From positions 1 to 64,000 of the IMG/VR virus record IMGVR_UViG_3300000203_000003: 64,000 bases of DNA. The stretch is one strand, 5' to 3'. The position numbers and the translations under genes were made by a program. Shown piece after piece: positions 1-9,269 of this stretch. Position 1 is the first letter of the stretch; each line of letters begins with the position of its first letter. The notes beneath the pieces were generated by a model. That model saw only the letters and a list, made by a program, of their open reading frames with translations, was not told the origin of the DNA and made no database searches. The stretch comes from a virus. Its lineage: Duplodnaviria; Caudoviricetes.

Positions 1-1
1 A

Positions 2-2374
2 TCACCCATTGATACGACGAGTTTCGACCTCACATGGCGCCCAGATCCGAGAGAACCTGCGTATATCTACACCTGGGGTAACAAATGGATCAGTGGTGAA
101 TTACAAGCAACTCTTGAATATATCTGCCCAGGAGCAACAGAGCGTAAGTATATGCCAGCCCTCATTAAAGTATTACCTGAGTTAGGAAGATGGTCTTCAT
201 TAAAGACAGCAAATATGCAATTCGATTTAAGTTGGAGACCTAATCCAACTAATCCTCCGCAGATATACCAGTGGCCTAATGATGGTCCCAGGTATACGGT
301 CCCCGGTGCAACAGAAACGGATGTCATCTTCATGGAAGATACTGAAGAATTCAAGATTAATATTGAGGCGGAAAAGAAAGTATCTAGCTACAAAATTAAA
401 ACAACGCTAGAGGCATTGATTGCAGAACACCCGAACGAAGTTTTTTGGGCCTTGAATCCCGACATGTCATATACAAAGTTTGACTTTAATTGGAGACCTG
501 AAAAAGACAAAGAACGATACATTAACGTATTCGGCAACAAATATAGCAAAGACATACAGACATACTTCGTCAATGGTCCTGCCTATGTTGTAGGCTATAA
601 AGAGTTTAACTATATTGAAATAGCCGGCGAGAAGATCGAGGCCGATCTGAACATGTTCTGGGTTGACAGAGGCAATCCTGAATCCGCGGCACGATTCGAA
701 AAACTAAAAGCAAGATTGCCAAGACTACAAAAGACACGTTTTCTTAACTCATGGGTAGATACTATCAGCCGGTGTGTTAATAAATCTGAAACCGGGTTGT
801 TTTGGGTGTTGAACAGCGAACTCGACTATACTGGGTTTGAGTTTGACTTCTATCCGGGCGCATGGCAAGCGAAGATGGTTCATGTGTTTGGCACTCAGTG
901 GTCACATTGGGGCAATACTTATATGATTAATCGTGACACGTTTGCGAATGAAACGAAGTATGTTAAAATAGTAGAACACCTGAACATTCTAAACTTTGTT
1001 AAGACGAAGAAAGCCAGAGCAACTAATTGTTTATACGATGTGGTGCTGATTGATCACGGTAATACTGACACCAAGATCGTTGATCGTATTAAGTCAAAAA
1101 TCAGTGACCGTTCGGTAGTAGCCACGGTTCCGTACGAACATAGCTATTTGAAAACACTGACGAACATGCTGTCTCTTCTTCCGGAAAAGAAAAATCATCG
1201 TATTTGGGTATGCAGTTCTATTTGTGACTACAGCAAATTTGACTTCACCTACATATGTGATCCATTTGCACAAGAACAACTACATGTGTTTCCTAGCGAC
1301 AAGCAGAAGTTTGGTGACACATTCCTTGTTGATGTGAATAAGCTGCGCGAGTTGATTGCGGAGATGACCGTGTTAGAAGATTATAAGAAGATAAACTATA
1401 ACGAGCATTTACGCGCTAAACGTCTCCCGGCGCCAATTATAACAGTAGATACTGATACTCATTGTGGTGGCATCACTGATGACTTTAACTTCCCATATGC
1501 TGTGTTTGAAACGGAAGAGGTAACATGCACTGATCACGAACCTATGAATCTGTGGACACCGGAGACGAAAACTCTCATGGTTACAAGCACCGGCGGCACC
1601 AGAATCGTTGTACCTAAAGAAGCGAAGGCATACGTCAAGAAAGAACTTTACGATTATCCGTACATCAAGAAGTCATCTACGCTTGTTAAATCTGCCCCGC
1701 TGGACATTGTGTTTTTAAGCAACGGTGAAACTGGGGCTGATGAAAACTATGCTCATCTACAAAAAGTAGTCGATGGGTTGGAGAACAGAATAGTCAGGGT
1801 CGACGGCGTCAATGGTCGTGTTGCAGCATATCACGCCGCTGCAGCAGCCAGCCAAACACCCTGGATGTTTACGGTGTTCGCTAAGTTGAAAGTAAGTAAT
1901 AAGTTCGATTGGAACTGGCAACCTGATAGATTGCAGATTCCCAAGCACTACATCTTCCAAGCGACGAATCCAGTAAACGGTCTGGTATACGGTCACCAAG
2001 CTATGATTGCATATAACAAGAAACTTGTGCTTGGTAACTCGGGACACGGGCTTGACTTCACGCTTGATGATGAACATGAAGTTGTCGAGTTGAACTCCGG
2101 GGTCGCTAATTACAACACAGATGCGTGGTCTACATGGCGCACATCATTTAGAGAAGTGCTAAAGTTGAAAGCAGCAAATAACTCCGAAAGCCTTGATCGT
2201 CTGAAAGCATGGTCGACTATAGGTAAAGGCGACTTTGCTCAATATAGTTTGGATGGTGCAAAACACGCCGTTGAATATTATGACGAAGTAGACGGCGATA
2301 TTTTTGAGTTGCGCCTTAGTTATGACTGGGCATGGTTGCGCTCATATTTTGATCGGCATTATCTAAATGAGTGA
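2..2374 (+). CDS. Large repeat-containing glycosyltransferase-like protein (5' partial; frame open from window start)
   Basis: Frame is open from nt 2, upstream of the called ATG152. Repeated FD(L/F)xWRP..P..IY.W..PGATE units; C-terminal DIVFLSNGE..ADENY..RVDGVNGR GT-A-like domain. Confidence 0.55.
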   Translation, partial: SPIDTTSFDLTWRPDPREPAYIYTWGNKWISGELQATLEYICPGATERKYMPALIKVLPELGRWSSLKTANMQFDLSWRPNPTNPPQIYQWPNDGPRYTVPGATETDVIFMEDTEEFKINIEAEKKVSSYKIKTTLEALIAEHPNEVFWALNPDMSYTKFDFNWRPEKDKERYINVFGNKYSKDIQTYFVNGPAYVVGYKEFNYIEIAGEKIEADLNMFWVDRGNPESAARFEKLKARLPRLQKTRFLNSWVDTISRCVNKSETGLFWVLNSELDYTGFEFDFYPGAWQAKMVHVFGTQWSHWGNTYMINRDTFANETKYVKIVEHLNILNFVKTKKARATNCLYDVVLIDHGNTDTKIVDRIKSKISDRSVVATVPYEHSYLKTLTNMLSLLPEKKNHRIWVCSSICDYSKFDFTYICDPFAQEQLHVFPSDKQKFGDTFLVDVNKLRELIAEMTVLEDYKKINYNEHLRAKRLPAPIITVDTDTHCGGITDDFNFPYAVFETEEVTCTDHEPMNLWTPETKTLMVTSTGGTRIVVPKEAKAYVKKELYDYPYIKKSSTLVKSAPLDIVFLSNGETGADENYAHLQKVVDGLENRIVRVDGVNGRVAAYHAAAAASQTPWMFTVFAKLKVSNKFDWNWQPDRLQIPKHYIFQATNPVNGLVYGHQAMIAYNKKLVLGNSGHGLDFTLDDEHEVVELNSGVANYNTDAWSTWRTSFREVLKLKAANNSESLDRLKAWSTIGKGDFAQYSLDGAKHAVEYYDEVDGDIFELRLSYDWAWLRSYFDRHYLNE

Positions 2375-3473
2375 CTACATGCTATTTTATAACGGCGGCC
2401 AGCGTCTGGTTACATTTAATTTTTTAATCCGGCCGCGCACTACTAATTTTGCCGATGCATTAACCTATCCGGGCACTGTTGTAGTGTTGTTGACTATATA
2501 TCAGACTCCCGTTGAGAGTTTAAATATTTATTTCTTCAGAAAAAATACCGGACTACCTGTGAAAATGATTATAGATAACTCAATGGAAGGACTTGTTAAT
2601 ATCGATGACCTCTATAGTCGCGGATTTGGTGGGGTTGAATTTGATGATATGATGTTCGTTCATAACAGCGGAATGAAACATCTAAATACAAAAACAATCA
2701 GTAATAATTGTTATATAGATTTTCATGCAATTGATGCATATCATAAATGCATTCTTAGAAACCATTCGCTTAATAATTCCCCGGTATCCACAAGAATTAA
2801 TAGGTTGAATTTGCTGATAGGAAAAATAAAAGTTAAGTATTCGAGGTTCTTAACAACCTTTTATTTTTATAAGTATGGATTACTAGACGGGGCCGTTTTA
2901 GGTATTCACGCACACCCTGCTGATTTTTTATCAATGATGGAGAAATATTCTATAGGTGATGTAGACTTTTACAACAACATAATAACACACCTCGGCGCCG
3001 CAGATAACACTCCTCTTTGGGAAACAAACGAAGGATTAACTGCGATAGATGGGTGGCCATATGATTCTAATATATACAAACGATCAAGCGTAAGTTATAT
3101 ATGTGAAACGTATGATATTGACAAAGGAGCTACGCTTTTAAATACAGAAAAATTCTATAGATCAATAACCAATCGACATCCGTTTGTTATTCAATCTGCT
3201 CCGGGTTATATACAGAAGATAAATTCTATGGGCTATGAAACATTCTCACCTATCATCGATGAGGGATACAACACCTATGACAAGCTAGATTTCTCGCATG
3301 TTGAACCGACAGTCCTAGCAGCAAAAGATTTTCTATCTAAAGTTCCTAGCCATACAGAAAAACTGCAAGAGATAGTTGATCACAATTTCGATCATTTTAT
3401 TAAAACTAGTTCAGCAGAATATCAATCCTTCAATACTACCCTTGATAATTTTGCTAACGGTCGCCCAATTTAA
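2367..3473 (+). CDS. AT-rich hypothetical protein, glycosyltransferase-like (TEK..I..HPF motif)
   Basis: C-terminal ICET..LNTEKFYRSITNRHPFVI..GYETF..IDEGY, shared with 58500..59687. Confidence 0.45.
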   Translation: MSDYMLFYNGGQRLVTFNFLIRPRTTNFADALTYPGTVVVLLTIYQTPVESLNIYFFRKNTGLPVKMIIDNSMEGLVNIDDLYSRGFGGVEFDDMMFVHNSGMKHLNTKTISNNCYIDFHAIDAYHKCILRNHSLNNSPVSTRINRLNLLIGKIKVKYSRFLTTFYFYKYGLLDGAVLGIHAHPADFLSMMEKYSIGDVDFYNNIITHLGAADNTPLWETNEGLTAIDGWPYDSNIYKRSSVSYICETYDIDKGATLLNTEKFYRSITNRHPFVIQSAPGYIQKINSMGYETFSPIIDEGYNTYDKLDFSHVEPTVLAAKDFLSKVPSHTEKLQEIVDHNFDHFIKTSSAEYQSFNTTLDNFANGRPI

Positions 3474-3474
3474 C

Positions 3475-3503
3475 TTGCTATTTGATAAATACTGATGTAT
3501 AAT
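3475..3503 (+). promoter_or_regulatory. Sigma70-like promoter (TTGCTA-17-TATAAT) with embedded late TAAATA, upstream of tmRNA
   Basis: Direct sequence match. Confidence 0.65.
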
Positions 3504-3509
3504 AACGGT

Positions 3510-3953
3510 ATGGTAACATTCTTTCAGCACTTTATATCTCTATAGTCAGGTTCACCCGGCTATATGGGTCGATGTTATGTGAAGTATGGAAACGTAAAAC
3601 ATTGTTGTAATCCCTTCGAAATGAAGGCGGGCAAGACGCGAGTTCGAATCTCGCCAGGTCCACCAGTAAACACTATTAAAGATGCGATAACATCAACTCT
3701 CAGGGCTGGTACACCACATACCTCTCGAAGAAAGTATGTATAGACCGTATAGTGTTTACTAATGGGCCTGCTCTGGTAATCGATTGCGCGAGATAGTAGA
3801 GACGGCAACAGGAACGATGATGGACCTAATCCACATAAAAACGAGAAATGCAAATGACTCACAATTCCTAATGGTTGCCTAAACAGCACCACAGGCGAGG
3901 TAGAAAGACCTTGTAACCAAACCAATCAGAAAGGCTCTTCGGAGCCTTTTCTT
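3510..3953 (+). ncRNA. ssrA: Circularly permuted (two-piece) tmRNA; tag (A)ANDSQFLMVA*
   Basis: T-arm GCGAG-TTCGAAT-CTCGC plus CAGGTCC-A-CCA ending at 3665 comes before the 5' acceptor strand GGGCCTG at 3764 (G3-U70 pair). The intervening segment is closed by AGTAAACACTA/TAGTGTTTACT. Tag ORF at 3850-3882; terminator follows. 5' boundary approximate. Confidence 0.9.
3929..3953 (+). terminator. Intrinsic terminator
   Basis: GAAAGGCTC-TTCG-GAGCCTTTTCTT; near-identical to 6566..6593. Confidence 0.85.
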
Positions 3954-3992
3954 ATGCATACATTATTTCGGAAAATGGGCATTAAATATCTG

Positions 3993-4181
3993 ATGCTTGA
4001 CCGAAACCTTATCCACATATATCAGCAATGGCAACAAGGCAATGAGAACTATGTCGGACGATATATGGAATTTGTTGAGATGGTTGCTAGGATGCACAAC
4101 ATCACCCCTGAGGAAAGTCTGTCTTTGCTTGAAAACACATACTGGTTTCGTAAACCAAACAACTTCAGTCGCTTCGGGTAA
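3993..4181 (+). CDS. Hypothetical protein (likely leaderless)
   Basis: ATG3993 lies 4 nt after TAAATA (3983-3988), in frame with ORF 3954..4181. Confidence 0.55.
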   Translation: MLDRNLIHIYQQWQQGNENYVGRYMEFVEMVARMHNITPEESLSLLENTYWFRKPNNFSRFG

Positions 4182-4330
4182 ACAATAACACACATTTGTT
4201 TGCGCTAGATCAATGAAACTTTCCTAATACACGGTATACACCGACTAAATAAATGTAGACAGCATCTAACTTCAGTCGCTGGTCAGCAATACATAAAAGT
4301 TTAGATGCTGATCAACCAAAGGAGTTTATT

Positions 4331-4708
4331 ATGAGCGCATTAGCACAAACAGCAGTCGGTACAGAACTTGGACAAGGGTTCGATCAAGAAAAAGCATTAG
4401 CACAAGTAACCGCAGTAGAACATCAACTACTAAACGTCGGTTTATTTCTAGCTGCACCATTCATCGGTCTTTTATACGCAATGGCTCTGCCATTTGTTGG
4501 CATGGGCATGATCGCTTGGATCGGCGGCAAAGCTCTTATGAAAACACAAGCATTTCCGTTAATGCTTCGGGCAACTAAGGATGTAACTCTATTCGTTGCT
4601 GCACCGTTTATCGGACTGGCGTACGCCGTGTCACTACCCTTCCTAGGTCTTGGTATGTTGGCATGGGTCGGAGGAAAAGCCCTATTCGGGACACCCCAAA
4701 AAGACTAA
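4331..4708 (+). CDS. Small membrane protein with internal tandem duplication
   Basis: AAGGAG SD; two copies of LF.AAPFIGL.YA..LPF.G.GM.AW.GGKAL. Confidence 0.75.
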   Translation: MSALAQTAVGTELGQGFDQEKALAQVTAVEHQLLNVGLFLAAPFIGLLYAMALPFVGMGMIAWIGGKALMKTQAFPLMLRATKDVTLFVAAPFIGLAYAVSLPFLGLGMLAWVGGKALFGTPQKD

Positions 4709-4726
4709 GTGATACGCACTGATAAC

Positions 4727-4749
4727 AAGGGGCTTCGGCCCCTTTCTTT
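4727..4749 (+). terminator. Intrinsic terminator
   Basis: AAGGGGC-TTCG-GCCCCTTTCTTT. Confidence 0.85.
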
Positions 4750-4779
4750 ACGGCTACGCTTCCTGAACATAAATAAAAA

Positions 4780-5544
4780 ATGAACACAAAAACTCGTATC
4801 AAAAAAATCTCCGCGTGGATTAAAAACTACTGCATCAAGAATAAATTAGACACACTTGTAATAGGTGTCAGCGGCGGCATCGACTCCGCCGTGGTAAGCA
4901 CACTATGCGCCCAAACAGGTCTGCCCGTTATCGCTGCTACACTTCCTATTAAACAGCGCAAGGATCTCCACACGTTAAGTTTAGATCATGCTAATTGGTT
5001 GACTAGAAAGTTCCCTAACGTGAAGCATGTCAATGTTGATCTTACTCCCACATTCAAACAGTTTGAAAAGTTGTTTGTGGATGCGAACACACTGGCGCTG
5101 GCAAATAGTCGCAGTCGGTTGCGTATGGTCACGCTGTATCAATTAGCTCAAACTGCGAACGGCATAGTAGTCGGCACCGGTAACAAAGTCGAAGACTTTG
5201 GAGTAGGATTCTTCACAAAATACGGAGACGGTGGCGTGGATATCAGCCCTATTGGCGATTGCCTTAAAACAGAAGTATGGGAAATGGGGCGCGAGTTAGG
5301 TGTCCATCAACTAATCATCGATGCTGCCCCGACTGACGGACTTTGGGACGATGGTCGGACTGATCAGGATCAATTAGGTGGTTTAAGTTATGCCCAACTT
5401 GAAACAGCAATGGAGATGGACACAAACAAGACATTACCGGTAACTAAAGAACACACTACAGCATTAAAGATTTATCGTGATATCAGAAAGAAAACCCTTC
5501 ATAAGATGAATCCTATTCCCGTTTGTATATTAAAAAATCCGTGA
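4780..5544 (+). CDS. nadE: NH3-dependent NAD+ synthetase
   Basis: GVSGGIDSAVV PP-loop, N.RSRLRM, VVGTGNK.E..GFFTKYGDGGVD, PTDGLW. Confidence 0.93.
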   Translation: MNTKTRIKKISAWIKNYCIKNKLDTLVIGVSGGIDSAVVSTLCAQTGLPVIAATLPIKQRKDLHTLSLDHANWLTRKFPNVKHVNVDLTPTFKQFEKLFVDANTLALANSRSRLRMVTLYQLAQTANGIVVGTGNKVEDFGVGFFTKYGDGGVDISPIGDCLKTEVWEMGRELGVHQLIIDAAPTDGLWDDGRTDQDQLGGLSYAQLETAMEMDTNKTLPVTKEHTTALKIYRDIRKKTLHKMNPIPVCILKNP

Positions 5545-5673
5545 CATTTTGTTTGATAAATATACATCTAGCCTGATGAAAATCAGGCTTTGTCATTGTC
5601 CCAAAGGCTTTGACATTACAGTGATTTTACTTTATACTAATCACTGTATTATTTCATTTTTAAAGGAAAACAT

Positions 5674-6552
5674 ATGAAGAAAATCGTAATCGCAGCAGCA
5701 TTAGCCGCAGCATCAATCGCAGCATCCGCTCAAGTAACCGTTTATGGTATGGTCCGTGAATATGTGGACAACACCAAGGTCGGCGGAGTATCGACTACTC
5801 AAATGGTTGACGACACCAGCCGCATTGGCATCAAGGCTTCAGAAACACTCGGTAACGGTCTAACCGCTCGTATCGTAGTTGAGACTGGCTTCGCTGCAAA
5901 TGATCCTGCAACAAATGCAGACACAAAGTTGGGCAATCGTCAAAGCACAGTCGGTCTGGCATCCAAGAATGGTTCTGTTGACTTCGGTCGCAAGACAAAT
6001 ACATTCTTTGAAGCAATCGATGCTAATGATGTATTCACCACAGACTACGGCTCTATCGCCGGCGACATTCATAGTGTTCGCACAGTTCGTAGCGGCAACG
6101 CAGTTTTTGTGAACTATACTTATGGTCCAGTTACTGTTGCGTATGATCGCACAGCATCAGGTCTAGGTGGTGAAGCAACAAGCTACAGTGCAACAGGCAA
6201 GTTAGGTCCAGTCGCAGCTAACATTGCGCGTTTTGAGCAAGGCGTTGACAAGAGTACCGTTCTCGGTGTTCGTGGATCGTATGCAGGAACAAACTTGTTC
6301 GCCAGCACAAGCTTTGACACAAGCATCTTCGGTGATGTTCGTGGTACAATGGTAGGTGCTTCGCGTCAGTTGACAGTTATGCCAATCGTGCTGAAAGCAT
6401 CGTACGGTGTTAAGACAGGTGACGTTAGAGCATTTGCACTTGGCGCAGACTATGCGTTATCCAAGCGTACTGGAGTTAGCGTAGCTTATCGCAACGTCAA
6501 TGACTTTGTTGATACTCGCCAACTAGGGCTCGGTCTGACCCATCGTTTCTAA
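5674..6552 (+). CDS. Gram-negative (Betaproteobacteria-type) outer-membrane porin
   Basis: Signal peptide ..ASA|QVTVYG, SRIG.KASE.LGNGL.A...E, R.STVGL, G.DYALSKRT, C-terminal H-R-F. Confidence 0.88.
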   Translation: MKKIVIAAALAAASIAASAQVTVYGMVREYVDNTKVGGVSTTQMVDDTSRIGIKASETLGNGLTARIVVETGFAANDPATNADTKLGNRQSTVGLASKNGSVDFGRKTNTFFEAIDANDVFTTDYGSIAGDIHSVRTVRSGNAVFVNYTYGPVTVAYDRTASGLGGEATSYSATGKLGPVAANIARFEQGVDKSTVLGVRGSYAGTNLFASTSFDTSIFGDVRGTMVGASRQLTVMPIVLKASYGVKTGDVRAFALGADYALSKRTGVSVAYRNVNDFVDTRQLGLGLTHRF

Positions 6553-6565
6553 TCAGAAACAAACT

Positions 6566-6593
6566 GAAAAGGCTCTTCGGAGCCTTTTCTTTT
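6566..6593 (+). terminator. Intrinsic terminator
   Basis: GAAAAGGCTC-TTCG-GAGCCTTTTCTTTT. Confidence 0.85.
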
Positions 6594-6596
6594 GGC

Positions 6597-6625
6597 TTGA
6601 CAAATAATCAAAGAACTGTTATAAT
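6597..6625 (+). promoter_or_regulatory. Early promoter TTGACA-17-TATAAT
   Basis: Consensus match; ATG 5 nt downstream. Confidence 0.8.
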
Positions 6626-6630
6626 ACAGC

Positions 6631-6885
6631 ATGGAAATAAAAACATCAACTGATTGGCAGAAAGTTCTTACTGAACTTACAATCGACCTCAATCAGCTGG
6701 GTTACAATCCCGATCTGTCCCGAATGATGCGAAACATAGGGTCGATGGTGACTGACCTGAGCAAGGCAGAAGTCGAAGCCCGTCGTATTCACAACAACAA
6801 GAACCTCGAGGAACCTCTTGAAAAGATCAATAAGTCGATCAAGCACCTGGAGCAGTTTTTGCTTATGGCCCGATTGATGAAATAG
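6631..6885 (+). CDS. Hypothetical coiled-coil protein
   Basis: ORF directly after early promoter. Confidence 0.7.
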   Translation: MEIKTSTDWQKVLTELTIDLNQLGYNPDLSRMMRNIGSMVTDLSKAEVEARRIHNNKNLEEPLEKINKSIKHLEQFLLMARLMK

Positions 6886-6892
6886 CCGAAAT

Positions 6893-6921
6893 TTGACAAT
6901 AAATGGGCTTTATGATATAAT
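6893..6921 (+). promoter_or_regulatory. Early promoter TTGACA-17-TATAAT
   Basis: Consensus match with the phage-specific ATAAAT extension. Confidence 0.8.
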
Positions 6922-6952
6922 ACATGTATCAGATCAGAAAACGGAGTAGAAA

Positions 6953-7378
6953 TTGGAATATCTCGTAGAAGCAAGTAGCGAAAAAACTCGCAAATTCCTT
7001 GACTCCCTGATGCCCTCGCTGATCGACCAACTCAAGTTGACTAACAGCAAACGGGCTGTATTAGTCCGAGTTGGCAATGACATTCCCAAAGAAATGATGG
7101 GCGCGACTCTCCACATTGAGGTTGCTGACTGCTATCTAGTTTTGTTGAAACCACCGAAGCGCATCACCCCGACTAATCTGATCTACATGGCGACGACTCT
7201 GGCACACGAAATGGTTCATGTGCGTCAGTTGGCTAAAGGTCAGATGAAGTTTTTGAAAAATCAAGCCCGCATTTGGATGGGCAAGCGTTACAAAGCATCG
7301 ACACCGTATTTGGATCAACCTTGGGAAGTTGATGCGTATTCTAAACAGGAACTTTTACTCCGAAGGGCAATTGAATAA
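6953..7378 (+). CDS. Zinc metallopeptidase-like protein (HExxH)
   Basis: TLAHEMVHVRQ ... PWEVDAY. Confidence 0.7.
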   Translation: MEYLVEASSEKTRKFLDSLMPSLIDQLKLTNSKRAVLVRVGNDIPKEMMGATLHIEVADCYLVLLKPPKRITPTNLIYMATTLAHEMVHVRQLAKGQMKFLKNQARIWMGKRYKASTPYLDQPWEVDAYSKQELLLRRAIE

Positions 7379-7379
7379 A

Positions 7380-7688
7380 ATGGTAAACCGCGAACGAAAA
7401 ATGATCAAGACGGAGAAGCAATCTGCCGATATCGATGGACTTACTCTGGCACAAGCGATACAGCGCCTTAAGGAACATATAGAGTTCTACGGCGCTGATG
7501 CGATTCTGGAAGAAGTTACCGATGGTTATAGCGACAGCGACCGAACCAATCTCAATATATTTGTGATGGAGCCGGAGACTGACTCGCACATGGCTCACCG
7601 TATCGCCCTGGAAGAAAAATACGACCTGGCGCGAGAAGCCCGTGATCGGGAAGAGTTTGAACGCCTACAGAAAAAGTTTGGAAAATGA
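7380..7688 (+). CDS. Hypothetical protein
   Basis: Tightly packed ORF in early operon. Confidence 0.65.
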   Translation: MVNRERKMIKTEKQSADIDGLTLAQAIQRLKEHIEFYGADAILEEVTDGYSDSDRTNLNIFVMEPETDSHMAHRIALEEKYDLAREARDREEFERLQKKFGK

Positions 7689-7861
7689 AAAAAGAAGTTG
7701 TTTATAAAAACAGCATCCTTGCTAAAGGCAGCACAGCCCTTGAGTTGTGGGAAGCTTGGCAACGCGATACAAAAGATCGCAATGCTGCTCAAAAGAAATT
7801 AGACGCCCACCTGAAGGATGTGGATAATCGTCATCGTGAATTATTGGAACGCTACAAATGA
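7685..7861 (+). CDS. Hypothetical 58-aa protein (not in ORF track)
   Basis: MKKEVVYKNSILAKGS..LLERYK; ATGA overlaps at both ends. Confidence 0.65.
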   Translation: MKKEVVYKNSILAKGSTALELWEAWQRDTKDRNAAQKKLDAHLKDVDNRHRELLERYK

Positions 7862-8121
7862 TGTATAAGATCAGGCTCAAAAATAATCCTGATAAGTATG
7901 TCAGAGGCACTCCTAGTTATATTTCAACTGACACACAGGGCCGCATCTTTCAAACACTTGGGCGACTGAGAATGTTCCTGAACAGTGTTATGTCTGATCG
8001 GAACCGAAGCGGGAACATAAGCAATTGGGAAATAGTGGAACTTGAGGTGGTTATTAAAGAAGTAAAAGGTGTCCACGAAATTATTACCCCGGAAAAGTTG
8101 GTTGAACTCCTGAAGCGATAG
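7858..8121 (+). CDS. Hypothetical protein
   Basis: Coupled ORF. Confidence 0.65.
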   Translation: MMYKIRLKNNPDKYVRGTPSYISTDTQGRIFQTLGRLRMFLNSVMSDRNRSGNISNWEIVELEVVIKEVKGVHEIITPEKLVELLKR

Positions 8122-8122
8122 G

Positions 8123-8151
8123 TTGACAATAAACTCAAATAATGATATAAT
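8123..8151 (+). promoter_or_regulatory. Early promoter TTGACA-17-TATAAT
   Basis: Consensus match; ATG 6 nt downstream. Confidence 0.8.
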
Positions 8152-8157
8152 ACGCGA

Positions 8158-8700
8158 ATGAAAACATTTATTACTTCGGATCTGCACTTCGGTCATGCTC
8201 GGATGATGGAGTTCAATCCAGATACCCGACAATATCGGGACGCTGACCACATGAACGCCATGCTGGTACAAGAATGGAACGCCGCAGTTGGCGTGGACGA
8301 CCTGACATACATACTGGGCGACTTTGCATTCCTGCAAGCAAACAAGGCGACAGCAATCGCTCGGATGCTGAACGGTCGCAAGATCCTGGTTCAAGGCAAT
8401 CACGACCACAAGCTGCTGAATGACAATACATTCCGGAACTGCTTTGAGGAAGTCCACATGTATCACGAAATCAATGTGGACGGAAACAAGGTCTGCATGT
8501 TTCACTACCCGATCCATGAGTGGAATCAGTGTCACCGCGGTGCAGTGATGTTTCATGGTCATGTTCACGGCAAGCCGACTGGACTGGAGAAGTATCGCGC
8601 CCGTGATGTGGGCATGGACGCAACTGGAACGGTTGTCGTTGAAATGTCAGACATGGTCCGCCGCGCACTGAGTGGTGAAATCAAAACTCACGGATACTAA
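8158..8700 (+). CDS. Calcineurin-like metallophosphoesterase
   Basis: SDLHFGH, LGDF, GNHD, HYP, HGHVH motifs. Confidence 0.88.
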   Translation: MKTFITSDLHFGHARMMEFNPDTRQYRDADHMNAMLVQEWNAAVGVDDLTYILGDFAFLQANKATAIARMLNGRKILVQGNHDHKLLNDNTFRNCFEEVHMYHEINVDGNKVCMFHYPIHEWNQCHRGAVMFHGHVHGKPTGLEKYRARDVGMDATGTVVVEMSDMVRRALSGEIKTHGY

Positions 8701-8701
8701 A

Positions 8702-8980
8702 ATGAAAACATACGAAGAAGCCTGTGCTATTGTCGCTGAAGTTCGCCTCAGTGGTATGGTCGGAGATTATCGATCTGCGTTCAATTTCGCTGGTGGCGCA
8801 ATGTTGCTTGCCGAGATTTACGAAAAAGGCCAGAACGAAGTCGCCAATGACTGCTACGAACTATACCTCAAACGCCGTAGTGTAATGGATCAGGCAATCA
8901 AAGAGGCTCGTAAAGCACAAAGCCGGGCTGAAAACGAAGAACGGCGCCTGGCAAACCTGGCGAAGGTATCAAATGTCTGA
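8702..8980 (+). CDS. Hypothetical protein
   Basis: ORF packing. Confidence 0.6.
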   Translation: MKTYEEACAIVAEVRLSGMVGDYRSAFNFAGGAMLLAEIYEKGQNEVANDCYELYLKRRSVMDQAIKEARKAQSRAENEERRLANLAKVSNV

Positions 8981-9269
8981 ATGTTTTTTAGGCTGGGCCG
9001 GACCAGCCAACACGCAAGGTCGTTGCTGCTGCAACTGTAAGTATCAGCGCCCTATCACTGCTCATCCTTGGAACAAGAATGAGTTTGCCAAGGGACCGAT
9101 TACAAAGAACATCGGTTGGGGCTGCACTGTTCCCGATATGCCCGGGATTACATTCTCGGAAGTAGAACATTCAATGTGCGAACTTCACGATTGGAAAGTT
9201 GAGGCAGTGGTCAATCCATACGCCGATGCTGACAATGGCGTATACGGCCCTGAGTACCAAGGTCAATGA
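8973..9269 (+). CDS. Cys-rich hypothetical protein
   Basis: CCCNC..C..CELH. Confidence 0.6.
   Translation: MSECFLGWAGPANTQGRCCCNCKYQRPITAHPWNKNEFAKGPITKNIGWGCTVPDMPGITFSEVEHSMCELHDWKVEAVVNPYADADNGVYGPEYQGQ

Noticed and set aside
3622-3665. Stand-alone tRNA
   Set aside because: Only a T-arm and 3' acceptor strand are present; the partner strand lies downstream, so it is the permuted tmRNA
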